Positions 55,422 through 64,000 of a DNA stretch of 64,000 bases are shown here, piece by piece. The translations under genes and the position numbers were made by a program. The stretch comes from a virus. The stretch is taken from IMG/VR virus record IMGVR_UViG_3300034101_005931, positions 1 to 64,000 of that record; one strand, 5' to 3'. Each line of letters opens with the position of its first letter. Position 1 is the first letter of the stretch. The notes under the pieces are model-generated. The model did no database searches, was not told the DNA's origin, and saw only the letters and a list, made by a program, of their open reading frames with translations.

Positions 55422-55564
55422 TTAGATCTTTTTTTGCCAGCGTCTTTCCGGCGTGTTCTCGCTTTAGCGCCACCTGCTCTAAGTTGTGCAGCTATTGTAT
55501 TCCTCGATCCTGTTTTGCCAAAACAGCCCCAATTGCTAACGATTGTGTTTTTCGTTCTAGCCAT
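55418..55564 (-). CDS. Small basic protein (48 aa)
   Basis: MARTKNTIVSNWGCFGKTGSRNTIAAQLRAGGAKARTRRKDAGKKRSK behind a TTGCAC promoter-like sequence. Confidence 0.65.
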   Translation of the reverse strand: MARTKNTIVSNWGCFGKTGSRNTIAAQLRAGGAKARTRRKDAGKKRSK

Positions 55565-55605
55565 ACATACATAATATATGAATTATAAGAATGTGCAAGG
55601 AAAAA

Positions 55606-55676
55606 CTACCTCGCTACGACTCGAACGTAGAAAAGGAGATCCAAATTCTCCTGTGATACCATTTCACCACGAGGTA
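55606..55676 (-). tRNA. tRNA-Gln(UUG)
   Basis: U1-A72, GGAGA-AT-TTG-GA-TCTCC, G73. Confidence 0.9.
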
Positions 55677-55679
55677 ATA

Positions 55680-55762
55680 TGGGTAGAGTAGGACTCGAAC
55701 CTACGAACTCTAATAGAGAGGAGATTTACAGTCTCCGGCAATTGCCACTATGCGATCTACCC
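55680..55762 (-). tRNA. tRNA-Tyr(GUA)
   Basis: GGAGA-CT-GTA-AA-TCTCC; long variable arm. Confidence 0.95.
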
Positions 55763-55823
55763 GTTTATGTTCCAATATTTTAATTGAAGTTTAAGAAAAA
55801 TTCAACTTCTTTTTTATTTATTA

Positions 55824-56171
55824 TTACGGAACAAGAATAACGTTACCAGAATAAGGATCCTTTATTTCTGTATCTGATACATACCCTCTTACATCTATAT
55901 AACCCTTATCAGAATAAGGGCTTTTTATAAAACCTTTCATATTTGGAACAGGTATTCCGTAAGAATATTTTACTTGTTCTAATGCTACTAAATTAGTCGG
56001 TATGTATCTTAGTATGATAATGCCAGCTAATAAGCCTAGAATGAAAACAGAGACTGAACTGTTAATTATAAACGCAAAAAGCAAAGTGACTAATCTGCAG
56101 ACAAGTGTTACAAAAAACCAGAATACTATAAGTGAACAACATCCTAATAGTATTGTGATAAAAACAGTCAC
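55824..56171 (-). CDS. Two-TM protein with C-terminal GIPVP..SPY..DVRG..DPY domain
   Basis: YGIPVPNMKGFIKSPYSDKGYIDVRGYVSDTEIKDPYSGNVILVP. Confidence 0.65.
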   Translation of the reverse strand: MTVFITILLGCCSLIVFWFFVTLVCRLVTLLFAFIINSSVSVFILGLLAGIIILRYIPTNLVALEQVKYSYGIPVPNMKGFIKSPYSDKGYIDVRGYVSDTEIKDPYSGNVILVP

Positions 56172-56172
56172 A

Positions 56173-56358
56173 TCATTTATGTTTTATTTTAACAGGAGCA
56201 GAGTCCTCGTCTTCATCACGTACTTTGTCTCGTAAAGATGGCGACCGTTTTGATTTCCGTTCCGGAAAAAAAACCGCTTTCTTTTCTTCTTTAGATAGGC
56301 AAGGAAAAATCTCAGAAGAGATGTAGTATTTATTTAATGTAGGAAAAATGCCGTGCAT
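56173..56358 (-). CDS. Hypothetical protein
   Basis: Short ORF at divergent promoter. Confidence 0.5.
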   Translation of the reverse strand: MHGIFPTLNKYYISSEIFPCLSKEEKKAVFFPERKSKRSPSLRDKVRDEDEDSAPVKIKHK

Positions 56359-56408
56359 ATAACATAATATTATCTTGCATGTTTTTAAAATGCAACTAGA
56401 TTAACAAT

Positions 56409-56603
56409 ATGAAAAAAATTCATACACAAGTCGTTGTTAACAAAGGCGAAGTTCCTCTATTTGATAAAAACATGAATCCTACTAAACTTCCTGTTCTCGA
56501 AATTCAGTTCCATAAGGACAGTGAAGTCGTCCGTGAAATAATATCAGAGTCTACAGGGTATCGGTTATATCGTGAGCTTAAAAATGCTTTAAATTTAAAC
56601 TGA
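56409..56603 (+). CDS. Hypothetical protein
   Basis: Short ORF at divergent promoter. Confidence 0.55.
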   Translation: MKKIHTQVVVNKGEVPLFDKNMNPTKLPVLEIQFHKDSEVVREIISESTGYRLYRELKNALNLN

Positions 56604-56658
56604 GTTCCTAAATTCAGCTTGCGTTCCTAATTCAATTCCGTATAATGGGAGGTGCAAT

Positions 56659-57729
56659 ATGAATGCAACACTAGTCCAAGAATATGACAAACGCGCAACT
56701 GGCTTGCGTGAAGTCATTAGTAACTACAATAAAGAACCGGTTCAGTTGTCCCGAATCGATAAATCACAAAATCATTTTGAGTATAATGGGGTCGAGGTCG
56801 GCCACAATGCTCTTAAAGATCTTTTGAATATCTTTTCGGTCAAACAGAACTTGATTTCTGAAATCAAAAACGACAAAGAGCAGTGGCTGCCCCTGCATCA
56901 CGCGCTCTCTAATATTAAGAACGACCGTATTATTACGGCTGTTGTAAACCGTAACAGCAAAAGTCCGTATATCTCTCGCTTCTTTGATGAGAAGCTTGAC
57001 GAGGCACAACCTCTTAAGCTCGAACCTGGCATTGATTTGATGCGCGGTTTCCTCGAGAACACAGAACGTGATCTCATGATCCGTAATCTGGAGTTCAATT
57101 CTGAAACTCTTCAGATTGATCTTCGTGTTCAAGATAAGACCACAAACATCGATGTGTTTGGTGATGGAGAAGATAAATGGAACCCCGGGTTTGGTATCGG
57201 CTATGGTGAGACTAAGACCTCGGTTGCTCCTTACTATCTCCGTTTGGTCTGTACTAATGGTATGACGGCTGCACAAGAGATTGTTCAGCGTTATTTCAAT
57301 ACACGTGAGATGAAGCAGAGCTCTTTTAACAAGCTCATCAACGGTGTTATTGAGCGTGACGTTGTTCAAGTATGTAAGACTAACGCTAAGCGCCTGCAAA
57401 ACAATAATGTTAGCTTACGCGAGTTTTTCGCTGCTAAGAATATTGTTCGTCCTGATAACAAGGATCTCCAGCTCGATTATTTCGACGACAAGGAGATTCA
57501 GGAAGCCTACAAACCGTATGCAATTCGCTACCGGAACAAGCGTTGGCTTTCCTCGGCGAACTCTAACGTTAATGCATACGAGTTCTTTAATAGGCTCACT
57601 CATGCAGCGACGCACCAGCCTCGTCTGCAGGGGTCTACTAGAATGGCTCTGAATGCTCTGGCATCGAGCTTGTTCTTCAAAGGACCGGATCTCGCTTTTC
57701 AAGCGCCGAATCCTTTCGGAAGAAACTAA
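56659..57729 (+). CDS. DUF932-like phage protein
   Basis: YLRLVCTNGM and NAYEFFNRLT motifs; promoter TTGCGT..TATAAT and SD GGAGGT. Confidence 0.7.
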   Translation: MNATLVQEYDKRATGLREVISNYNKEPVQLSRIDKSQNHFEYNGVEVGHNALKDLLNIFSVKQNLISEIKNDKEQWLPLHHALSNIKNDRIITAVVNRNSKSPYISRFFDEKLDEAQPLKLEPGIDLMRGFLENTERDLMIRNLEFNSETLQIDLRVQDKTTNIDVFGDGEDKWNPGFGIGYGETKTSVAPYYLRLVCTNGMTAAQEIVQRYFNTREMKQSSFNKLINGVIERDVVQVCKTNAKRLQNNNVSLREFFAAKNIVRPDNKDLQLDYFDDKEIQEAYKPYAIRYRNKRWLSSANSNVNAYEFFNRLTHAATHQPRLQGSTRMALNALASSLFFKGPDLAFQAPNPFGRN

Positions 57730-57748
57730 TCTTCTGAGACGCACAACT

Positions 57749-57780
57749 AAACCCGAGGGCGAAAGCCCTCGGGTTTTTTT
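57749..57780 (+). terminator. Rho-independent terminator
   Basis: AAACCCGAGGGC-GAAA-GCCCTCGGGTTT then T tract. Confidence 0.92.
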
Positions 57781-57834
57781 ATAAAATTTATAAAATTTTC
57801 TTGATTAGATCTAAGTTTCATATATACTACATGT

Positions 57835-58425
57835 ATGAACGCAAAACACCAATTCAAATATACCTATAACGAAGGCTGTGAAGATTTCTCTCCAGTCGAA
57901 GTAACCTTTGACATGCCTGGAGATGTCACCATTCGTCAAATGCTCTGGAACTTTGAGTGCTATCTTAAAGCTTGTGGCTTCTATTTTGATGGACACTTGG
58001 AAGTGGTCCCAGAAGGTGGCTATGATTTAGAAGACGAAGTTGAGGAAGAGCCTCCTTATTGCTGTATGGGTGATAGTGATTGCTGTGAAGAGAGTGAAGA
58101 GTACAAAGCAGAAAAGCTTAAAGAGTGGAGTGAAGGCATTGCTAAACTTGATAACGAGCAAAAAAAGAAAGCTAATGAAGATGCTCGTAAAATGTCTGAT
58201 CTCCATTACGAAGCTACAAAAGAAGTGGTTAAGAATAAATGGGTTCATGGTATCTGTAATCCTCCTTCGCCAGATTGGAAGGCAAGTAATTCAGATAATT
58301 ACTGGAACAGCGCAAAAACCATCGAAAGGGAGCGCGATTGGGCAATGGCGGAAATCGCCAAACTCCAAATGAAATTGGAGGGCATTAATGAAGCAAGTAA
58401 TTCAGATAATTGCTGGAACAGCTAA
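57835..58425 (+). CDS. Hypothetical acidic protein
   Basis: FECYLKACGF motif; duplicated ASNSDN(Y/C)WNS at C-terminus. Confidence 0.65.
   Translation: MNAKHQFKYTYNEGCEDFSPVEVTFDMPGDVTIRQMLWNFECYLKACGFYFDGHLEVVPEGGYDLEDEVEEEPPYCCMGDSDCCEESEEYKAEKLKEWSEGIAKLDNEQKKKANEDARKMSDLHYEATKEVVKNKWVHGICNPPSPDWKASNSDNYWNSAKTIERERDWAMAEIAKLQMKLEGINEASNSDNCWNS
58282..58422. repeat. 30-bp direct repeat (58282-58311 and 58393-58422) around an 81-bp insert
   Basis: gcaagtaattcagataatt(a/g)ctggaacagc, 29/30 identical, 111-bp period. Confidence 0.88.
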
Positions 58426-58756
58426 TATGAAAAAAGTTAAATCAGTAACTATTATTAAACACTATACCTCTGATAGAACTACTATCACAGAAGATCATTA
58501 TACTCAACATAATGAGCATCCGGAAGATAGGATCTTTAAAGATAGAGAATACATTAAAAGGCTTCAAGAACATATTGATTATGTCTTTGAACACCTGGAC
58601 CATGATCTCAGACTGAATGATAAGGGCAGGGATTGGCTCTTTGATTATATCTTTAATGAAGATAGCAAAGATATTGAGTTTGAAGAGTACTTGGCAAAGT
58701 ATAATGTCAAGTATGAGGATTGTGTTACTTCAAACAAATGGTATCATAATCAATGA
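58388..58756 (+). CDS. Hypothetical protein (true start probably 58427)
   Basis: Co-directional ORF. Confidence 0.6.
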   Translation: MKQVIQIIAGTANMKKVKSVTIIKHYTSDRTTITEDHYTQHNEHPEDRIFKDREYIKRLQEHIDYVFEHLDHDLRLNDKGRDWLFDYIFNEDSKDIEFEEYLAKYNVKYEDCVTSNKWYHNQ

Positions 58757-58903
58757 CTAACGAACAATTAGAACTATTACTCAAGTATATTGACATGAGA
58801 GATAGTCATTATAATCATGTAGCAAAAACACCTGAAGGATATAGTTTAGGTTACTCTGATGAAGAAGCAGAAATTAGACAAGATCTAAGATGGACATTAC
58901 AAG

Positions 58904-59272
58904 ATGAAAAAGAAATCTAAAAAAGAACTAGACTTAGACTTTGAAGGTTTTAAACCTTTAAGCTGTTCAAGCATCATTGCAGAAGCTAAAAATTTTAATT
59001 GGACTTCTGAAAAAAGAGTATTCACCTATAGTAGGTTCAATAACTTCTTTTTTGAAGAAGTCTTTAATAGAATAGAAAGACCAGAAATTGATCTTCAATG
59101 TTCTTTAGGTGCTATAGCAACATTGTTAGAAATTAATCCTTATTGGCAATGGGATGGAACACCGGGACAGAGTAAGCTAACAATTGCTTCTTGTGTTGCT
59201 AATTGCTTTGTGGACTTTACTTTGGCAGGTATTACTATTATGTGGAATAAAAGGCTAATAGTAACTGATTAA
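58904..59272 (+). CDS. Hypothetical protein
   Basis: Co-directional ORF. Confidence 0.55.
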   Translation: MKKKSKKELDLDFEGFKPLSCSSIIAEAKNFNWTSEKRVFTYSRFNNFFFEEVFNRIERPEIDLQCSLGAIATLLEINPYWQWDGTPGQSKLTIASCVANCFVDFTLAGITIMWNKRLIVTD

Positions 59273-59914
59273 ATGAAATATAGCATCAAAGAAGTAAAGC
59301 CTAATGTCTTTGCTGTTATAGTAAAAGACAAATATGATAGGGCTATGCTGTTCTGTAGAGCTCAGGAGTACTATGAATCTCCTAATGCTAAGTTCCGTAA
59401 TAAGTCCTTTTCAATCTGGGACTACATGAAGTGGTATAATGAAAAGTATGGTAAGGGCTTTAGTTATGGTGCTGATTGGTCAGGGTTCAATATTCCTTTG
59501 AAGGTAATTACTCAATGCTATAACAGACTAGGTAAATTTGAATCTCCTTATGACAAAGTCATGTATGACATTGTGGTAAAGATTAATAAGAAATGCCTCT
59601 TTGATGATGGGTATGTTATTGCTTGTGGAGATACAAAAGGGGATACCTTTAAGCATGAAGTATGTCATGCCCTGTATTATACAGATAAAGACTACAAAAA
59701 GAGGATGGATAATCTGACTAAATCTCTTCCTCAAGAACACTATAACATCTTCAAAAAGAATCTATTAGAAATGGGCTATACAGTAAAAGTAATTGATGAT
59801 GAGATTCAAGCCTACCTTCAATATGACTTTGATCACTATGACTTTGGAAAAGGTGTTGCTTTAAAAGTAAGAAAAGAGTATAACAAATTTTATCTTAATG
59901 AAAGAGATAAATAA
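59273..59914 (+). CDS. Conserved phage protein with HExxH motif
   Basis: RAQEYYESP, DWSGFNIP, KHEVCHA, DEIQAY. Confidence 0.7.
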   Translation: MKYSIKEVKPNVFAVIVKDKYDRAMLFCRAQEYYESPNAKFRNKSFSIWDYMKWYNEKYGKGFSYGADWSGFNIPLKVITQCYNRLGKFESPYDKVMYDIVVKINKKCLFDDGYVIACGDTKGDTFKHEVCHALYYTDKDYKKRMDNLTKSLPQEHYNIFKKNLLEMGYTVKVIDDEIQAYLQYDFDHYDFGKGVALKVRKEYNKFYLNERDK

Positions 59915-59977
59915 TTATGCTGATAAATTCAATTAGCAATTATTTAAAAATACTGCTAATAGAAATAAATATAATAT

Positions 59978-60565
59978 ATGCCCAATCCATCTTTCTGTTC
60001 GTATGAGTCAATTGTAGTAACTGGAGCTGCTGTAGTATCTTTATCGAGTCTTGACCCTGGACTTAATTTGTCAAATGTAACAACTCCTTATAATACTGTA
60101 AATGGAACCTATGTTGCCTTTGCAACTGCAGCTCCTGGTGGTGATATGTCTAAAAGATACACTCTTTTTACAAGAGATGGTCTAAATTCGTATCCAAGAA
60201 TTGTAGCAGGTAGTGCATATAGTATATGGAATTTAAGTGTTAAAACTGAAAGTGTTCCAAGTGGCTTGGCATGTTATCAAACAACTCAAACATTACCAGT
60301 TTCTAGTAATCCGTGTCCTGTAGGTTTATGGAGTCCAATTCCAGCTAGTTTAGCTACTTGGTCGACAGATTTTGACACCGCTGTTGGTTCAGTAATTAAC
60401 GGTTGCATTAGTTATGGAAGTCCAGAGCCAAATCAAGCAAATTCTAGAGATAACAAATACACTATAGCTCCGAAATTAATAATTACCGAAACAGACGTCG
60501 TAATAAGTCCTGGAGAGTTAGGTGAAGATAGGTTCAAGAGACTTTATACCCTAGGTTATGTATAA
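59978..60565 (+). CDS. Late, possibly virion-associated protein
   Basis: TAAATA 6 nt upstream; S/T/P-rich; ends RLYTLGYV. Confidence 0.55.
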   Translation: MPNPSFCSYESIVVTGAAVVSLSSLDPGLNLSNVTTPYNTVNGTYVAFATAAPGGDMSKRYTLFTRDGLNSYPRIVAGSAYSIWNLSVKTESVPSGLACYQTTQTLPVSSNPCPVGLWSPIPASLATWSTDFDTAVGSVINGCISYGSPEPNQANSRDNKYTIAPKLIITETDVVISPGELGEDRFKRLYTLGYV

Positions 60566-60591
60566 AAACATTCGAATGTTTTGAATAATAC

Positions 60592-60627
60592 TTGACATGT
60601 CCATAAAGTTCCTATATACTAGGAACA
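60592..60627 (+). promoter_or_regulatory. Sigma70-like promoter with palindrome over the -10 box
   Basis: TTGACA-N17-TATACT; GTTCCTA-TATAC-TAGGAAC. Confidence 0.7.
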
Positions 60628-61038
60628 ATGAGCAGAGTACTAAAATTTAGAGCTTGGGATAAACTTAACAAAACCTTTATCTATTCTGACAAAGGCTATC
60701 AGGGTCATTATGTTTTGACTCTTGATGGTAGGTTCCAGAATCTTCAGAATGGTTCTGGAGGAGATGAGTATATTGTCCAAGAGTACATTGGCCTAAAAGA
60801 CAAGAATGGCAAAGACATCTACGAAGGTGACATTATTAGCTTCTCTGTTAACTATACAGTAGAGCTAGGTGATCCTGATGTCATTGTGTATAAAGATTGT
60901 GAGGTCTATTATGATAAAGAGCTCGCTGGATTCTATTTTGGTAAAGATGGACACCAGATCTTAGATAAAGTTGAAGTAGACTCTATTGAGGTCACAGGGA
61001 ACATATTCGAGAACAAATCAAATGGAAGACCAAACTAA
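60628..61038 (+). CDS. YopX family protein
   Basis: KFRAWD, GLKDKNGKDIYEGDI, EVTGNIFEN. Confidence 0.92.
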   Translation: MSRVLKFRAWDKLNKTFIYSDKGYQGHYVLTLDGRFQNLQNGSGGDEYIVQEYIGLKDKNGKDIYEGDIISFSVNYTVELGDPDVIVYKDCEVYYDKELAGFYFGKDGHQILDKVEVDSIEVTGNIFENKSNGRPN

Positions 61039-61142
61039 ACCCCCTTACCCTCTTGGTGACTTAACCCCGGAAGAGATAGAACAATTAAGACAATCTAAAA
61101 AAGAAATAGCACAAAGAGTTAAAGAGCTCTGGGAGAAAGATA

Positions 61143-61541
61143 ATGAAAGTAAGAATTAATAACATAGGAGCTGAACCTATAGCATATATTGGCAAAAGGT
61201 TTGAAGAGCCGAGATATGAATTGTCTATTGTAAAGTATCATCCTAACAAGTATTATGGAATGCTTGAACAGTACTTGAAGGATGGCTGGAAAGATAATGG
61301 TGATTACATCTCACATAAAAATGCTAATATAGGTAAGAGCTGCTTTTTAGGTAAAGAGACAAACTATGTCGTAGCATTCCTCAGATATGATAATCATGAT
61401 TGCACAACAAAGCTTGAATCAGTCTGCGATAGATTGCTTTACATAGAAGAGGATGAGAAAAAAGACTTCTTTGAAGTTTACAAAATAGCAGATAGAATGA
61501 TATTAGAGAAAGTAGAAAAAGATGAAAAGCAAAATACCTGA
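61143..61541 (+). CDS. Hypothetical protein
   Basis: Co-directional ORF. Confidence 0.6.
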   Translation: MKVRINNIGAEPIAYIGKRFEEPRYELSIVKYHPNKYYGMLEQYLKDGWKDNGDYISHKNANIGKSCFLGKETNYVVAFLRYDNHDCTTKLESVCDRLLYIEEDEKKDFFEVYKIADRMILEKVEKDEKQNT

Positions 61542-62007
61542 CTCCTTTGTAGAAGCTATGAAGGATATTGCAAAGGGTAAAACAGTTCCCTTGGATAAAG
61601 CTCTCAATGAAAAGCCTTCTATCGATTGGAAAGAAGCGCATGATATGCAGCAAAAGCTTGTTATTCATTATGTCTTAGAAAACGAAAAGCTTAAAGATAA
61701 AATTAAAGAGCTGGAAGCTCCTTCTGAGAAAGTTGATAATATCTGTAATCAGATTGAAGAGATATATAAAGAGAGAGACTATTATAAGATGCATAGTCAT
61801 ATCTTAGAAACAGCTAATGATGAGTTAGATCGGGCTAACAAACTAATGAAGGACACACTTATTAACATCTGGGAATGTTTCGAGATTAGATCTGAAATAT
61901 ACCATAATGATTGGGTAGGCCTACAAGCTCTTGCTAACAAAGCTCGGATCTGTTTAGAAGATATTGGTTACGAATGGCGAAATGATAAAAAAGATAATAA
62001 ATCCTGA
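61522..62007 (+). CDS. Hypothetical coiled-coil protein
   Basis: Co-directional ORF. Confidence 0.6.
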   Translation: MKSKIPDSFVEAMKDIAKGKTVPLDKALNEKPSIDWKEAHDMQQKLVIHYVLENEKLKDKIKELEAPSEKVDNICNQIEEIYKERDYYKMHSHILETANDELDRANKLMKDTLINIWECFEIRSEIYHNDWVGLQALANKARICLEDIGYEWRNDKKDNKS

Positions 62008-62178
62008 GTTAAGCAATGAAAAAGGTAATTATTTCTGCGTTAACAATTCTAGTAACTGGGTGCACAACCTTAACCGATAAGATAGTTAAACCCCCTATCA
62101 ACGATGACAATTACTGGAACATTCCCTGCTTTGTGGATGGTATTAAATTAAAGAAGCCTTGGTTAAAAAAGAAAAATT

Positions 62179-62445
62179 ATGAATAGTAGAATGATAGGCT
62201 TAGGTATGATCGATGAACAATATAAGAGTTCATTTGTAAAGCAAATGGAAGAAGAGATTAAAAGATTACAAGAAGACCTTTCTTTGTACAAAAAGGTTAA
62301 CCTCGATTTGAGAAAAGAGATTACAATGCTGGAAAAGCTTATAGAACTCAACATGAAAGACCTCCATGATATAGCCGATCAAAGGGATTGGTACTATGAA
62401 GAGTATCAGAAGCTAAAAGTAAATACTTCATATGACGCTCACTGA
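62179..62445 (+). CDS. Hypothetical coiled-coil protein
   Basis: Co-directional ORF. Confidence 0.55.
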   Translation: MNSRMIGLGMIDEQYKSSFVKQMEEEIKRLQEDLSLYKKVNLDLRKEITMLEKLIELNMKDLHDIADQRDWYYEEYQKLKVNTSYDAH

Positions 62446-63484
62446 AAACGACGCCTACAAGCATCCATTTTTTGCTGAAAATAGTGAGATGAAATCCTCT
62501 GTATTTAAAGCGAAGGTAAGAGAATTAAGTAAGTCGAATATATATGCGAGTTTAGGTCAAATTTTAATAGAATATGTTTCTATAGCTATTATCATAGGTT
62601 TGAACATAATGTTTCCAAACCCATGGTTTTATATACCATCAATAATGATTATAGGAAGCAGAATGCATGGTCTATTAATTTTAATGCATGATGCTGCACA
62701 CTACAAGTTTTGTAATAATAAAAAACTTAATGATCTTATTTGCAATATAGCCATTACATTTCCTTTATTTGTTAATCTGTATCACTGGAGGTCCGTGCAT
62801 TTCGCTCATCATAGAGACACAGGAGGTGAAGAGGACCCCGATTGGATGGGCTATGTAAATCACCCGGACTATAACTTACCAATGAAGACGAGAAAACTTT
62901 TATTAATTCTCGGACAACATATGTTCGGTATCAAATATCTAGTAGTATTCTTATCTACAAGACATTCTTTGACATATAAAATAAAATATATGATTTCGTC
63001 ATTTTTTGATCCAGGTAGGGTGGGTTCAGCTCGTATCGATGGTCAAAACCCGTCTTATTTTTCTTTAACTCAAAAAATATTTTTAGCTTGTAGCTATATT
63101 GTATGTATCTCTCTTATAATTTATTTCGGTTTATTAAAGGTGTTTTTATTATTCTGGATTGCTCCTCTCTTTTTATGGACACATTTTATAACAAAATTAA
63201 GATCATACACCGAACATTGCGGGTTAGAGCACACCGGGTGTTATGAAAATACTAGGACGATGTACGTAAATTGGTTCGATATAATATTTTTAGGTTATTC
63301 CTGGAATGTCGGTCTTCACATAGATCATCACTTGTTTCCGAGTATACCTTCATATAGATTGCATAAATTTCACAAAATAATTAAGAATATGTATCCCTAT
63401 AACAAATATGCACATATAACCTATAATGGTATTATGGGTGTGATACAGGAATGTACCAAAGAAAAATTCGTTTATCGAAGTTAA
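62432..63484 (+). CDS. Membrane fatty-acid desaturase family protein
   Basis: Three His boxes HDAAH, HFAHH, HIDHH and TM segments. Confidence 0.9.
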   Translation: MTLTENDAYKHPFFAENSEMKSSVFKAKVRELSKSNIYASLGQILIEYVSIAIIIGLNIMFPNPWFYIPSIMIIGSRMHGLLILMHDAAHYKFCNNKKLNDLICNIAITFPLFVNLYHWRSVHFAHHRDTGGEEDPDWMGYVNHPDYNLPMKTRKLLLILGQHMFGIKYLVVFLSTRHSLTYKIKYMISSFFDPGRVGSARIDGQNPSYFSLTQKIFLACSYIVCISLIIYFGLLKVFLLFWIAPLFLWTHFITKLRSYTEHCGLEHTGCYENTRTMYVNWFDIIFLGYSWNVGLHIDHHLFPSIPSYRLHKFHKIIKNMYPYNKYAHITYNGIMGVIQECTKEKFVYRS

Positions 63485-63526
63485 AGAAAAGCTTTCCTAA
63501 AATTAAGGTTCCTCTATAATACAATA

Positions 63527-63826
63527 ATGCACACCTTAGATAGATTTGCACGTAGCGTTTGTCGTCCTCAAAAAATCAAAAAGCCTAATATAAGGCGAAT
63601 TTATGGAGCCGTTACTGGGGCTCATATCTTTATTGTTCTCATATTCTTCCTTACCGGATGTCAGACCGTTTGGGCTCCTTTGTCCTTTCTTGAGCCGGAA
63701 AAAACTATTCTCACAAAGATGGACGCTAATACTATTGCCCTACACAATTCAGCTCCGGAATTGTTTGAGTTTAGAACAAAGAAATCAAACATCGATCTAA
63801 CGCTTAAACCTGATATCATTCCGTGA
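63527..63826 (+). CDS. Putative lipoprotein/membrane protein
   Basis: Hydrophobic stretch ending LTGC. Confidence 0.5.
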   Translation: MHTLDRFARSVCRPQKIKKPNIRRIYGAVTGAHIFIVLIFFLTGCQTVWAPLSFLEPEKTILTKMDANTIALHNSAPELFEFRTKKSNIDLTLKPDIIP

Positions 63827-64000
63827 ACATTATCTATCAGATAGAGTATTACAACGAGGTGTGGAAGGATTGGTTGAGGTTTAGTCCCTGGGCCTTCTCT
63901 AATAAAGAAGAAGCTGAAAAAGCTCTCGAACAATATAAAACTTCTTACCCTGATAATGAATACAAAATAGCTAAGTATGAAGAGCCAAAACAAGCTCGTG

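Noticed and set aside
55418-55564. Histone H3 tail mimic (MARTK)
   Set aside because: Similarity limited to about six residues and the host is bacterial; likely chance in a basic peptide
56764-57399. 211-aa antisense ORF
   Set aside because: Mirror frame of the codon-biased DUF932-like gene; no independent signals
1-64000. CRISPR array
   Set aside because: No run of three or more equal repeats with unique spacers seen; the 58282/58393 pair has two copies, an 81-bp gap and is in frame within a CDS

Overview
This window is part of a large, AT-rich, T4-like tailed phage genome. It uses the standard genetic code, has a recurring TAAATA/TAAGTA late-promoter motif, and several proteins begin with T4-type head-targeting N-termini. 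One gene gives a weak hint of a Verrucomicrobia host. It holds tail-fibre/adhesin genes (lectin, LRR, YadA-like), nucleotide and DNA metabolism genes (class II RNR, RNase H-like 5' exonuclease, DEDDh exonuclease, RadA-like ATPase, NUDIX, HNH), scattered glycan-modification genes, a lysis module, Hsp20 and a fatty-acid desaturase. The most notable content is RNA and translation related: 27 tRNAs covering all 20 amino acids (five with a co-varied non-canonical D/T elbow, three with enlarged variable arms), a 453-nt tmRNA with a 33-codon tag, and bS21 and RMF-like genes below the ORF-track cutoff. There is also a candidate leader-peptide attenuator ahead of the tRNA operon and three unexplained structured RNAs (~580, ~335 and ~85 nt). 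The ~580-nt RNA, with its own promoters and boxA-like element, lies directly upstream of a small membrane peptide and bS21, and is the best candidate for an undescribed system. All protein calls come from motif recognition by eye and all RNA stems were found manually; no database search or folding program was run.
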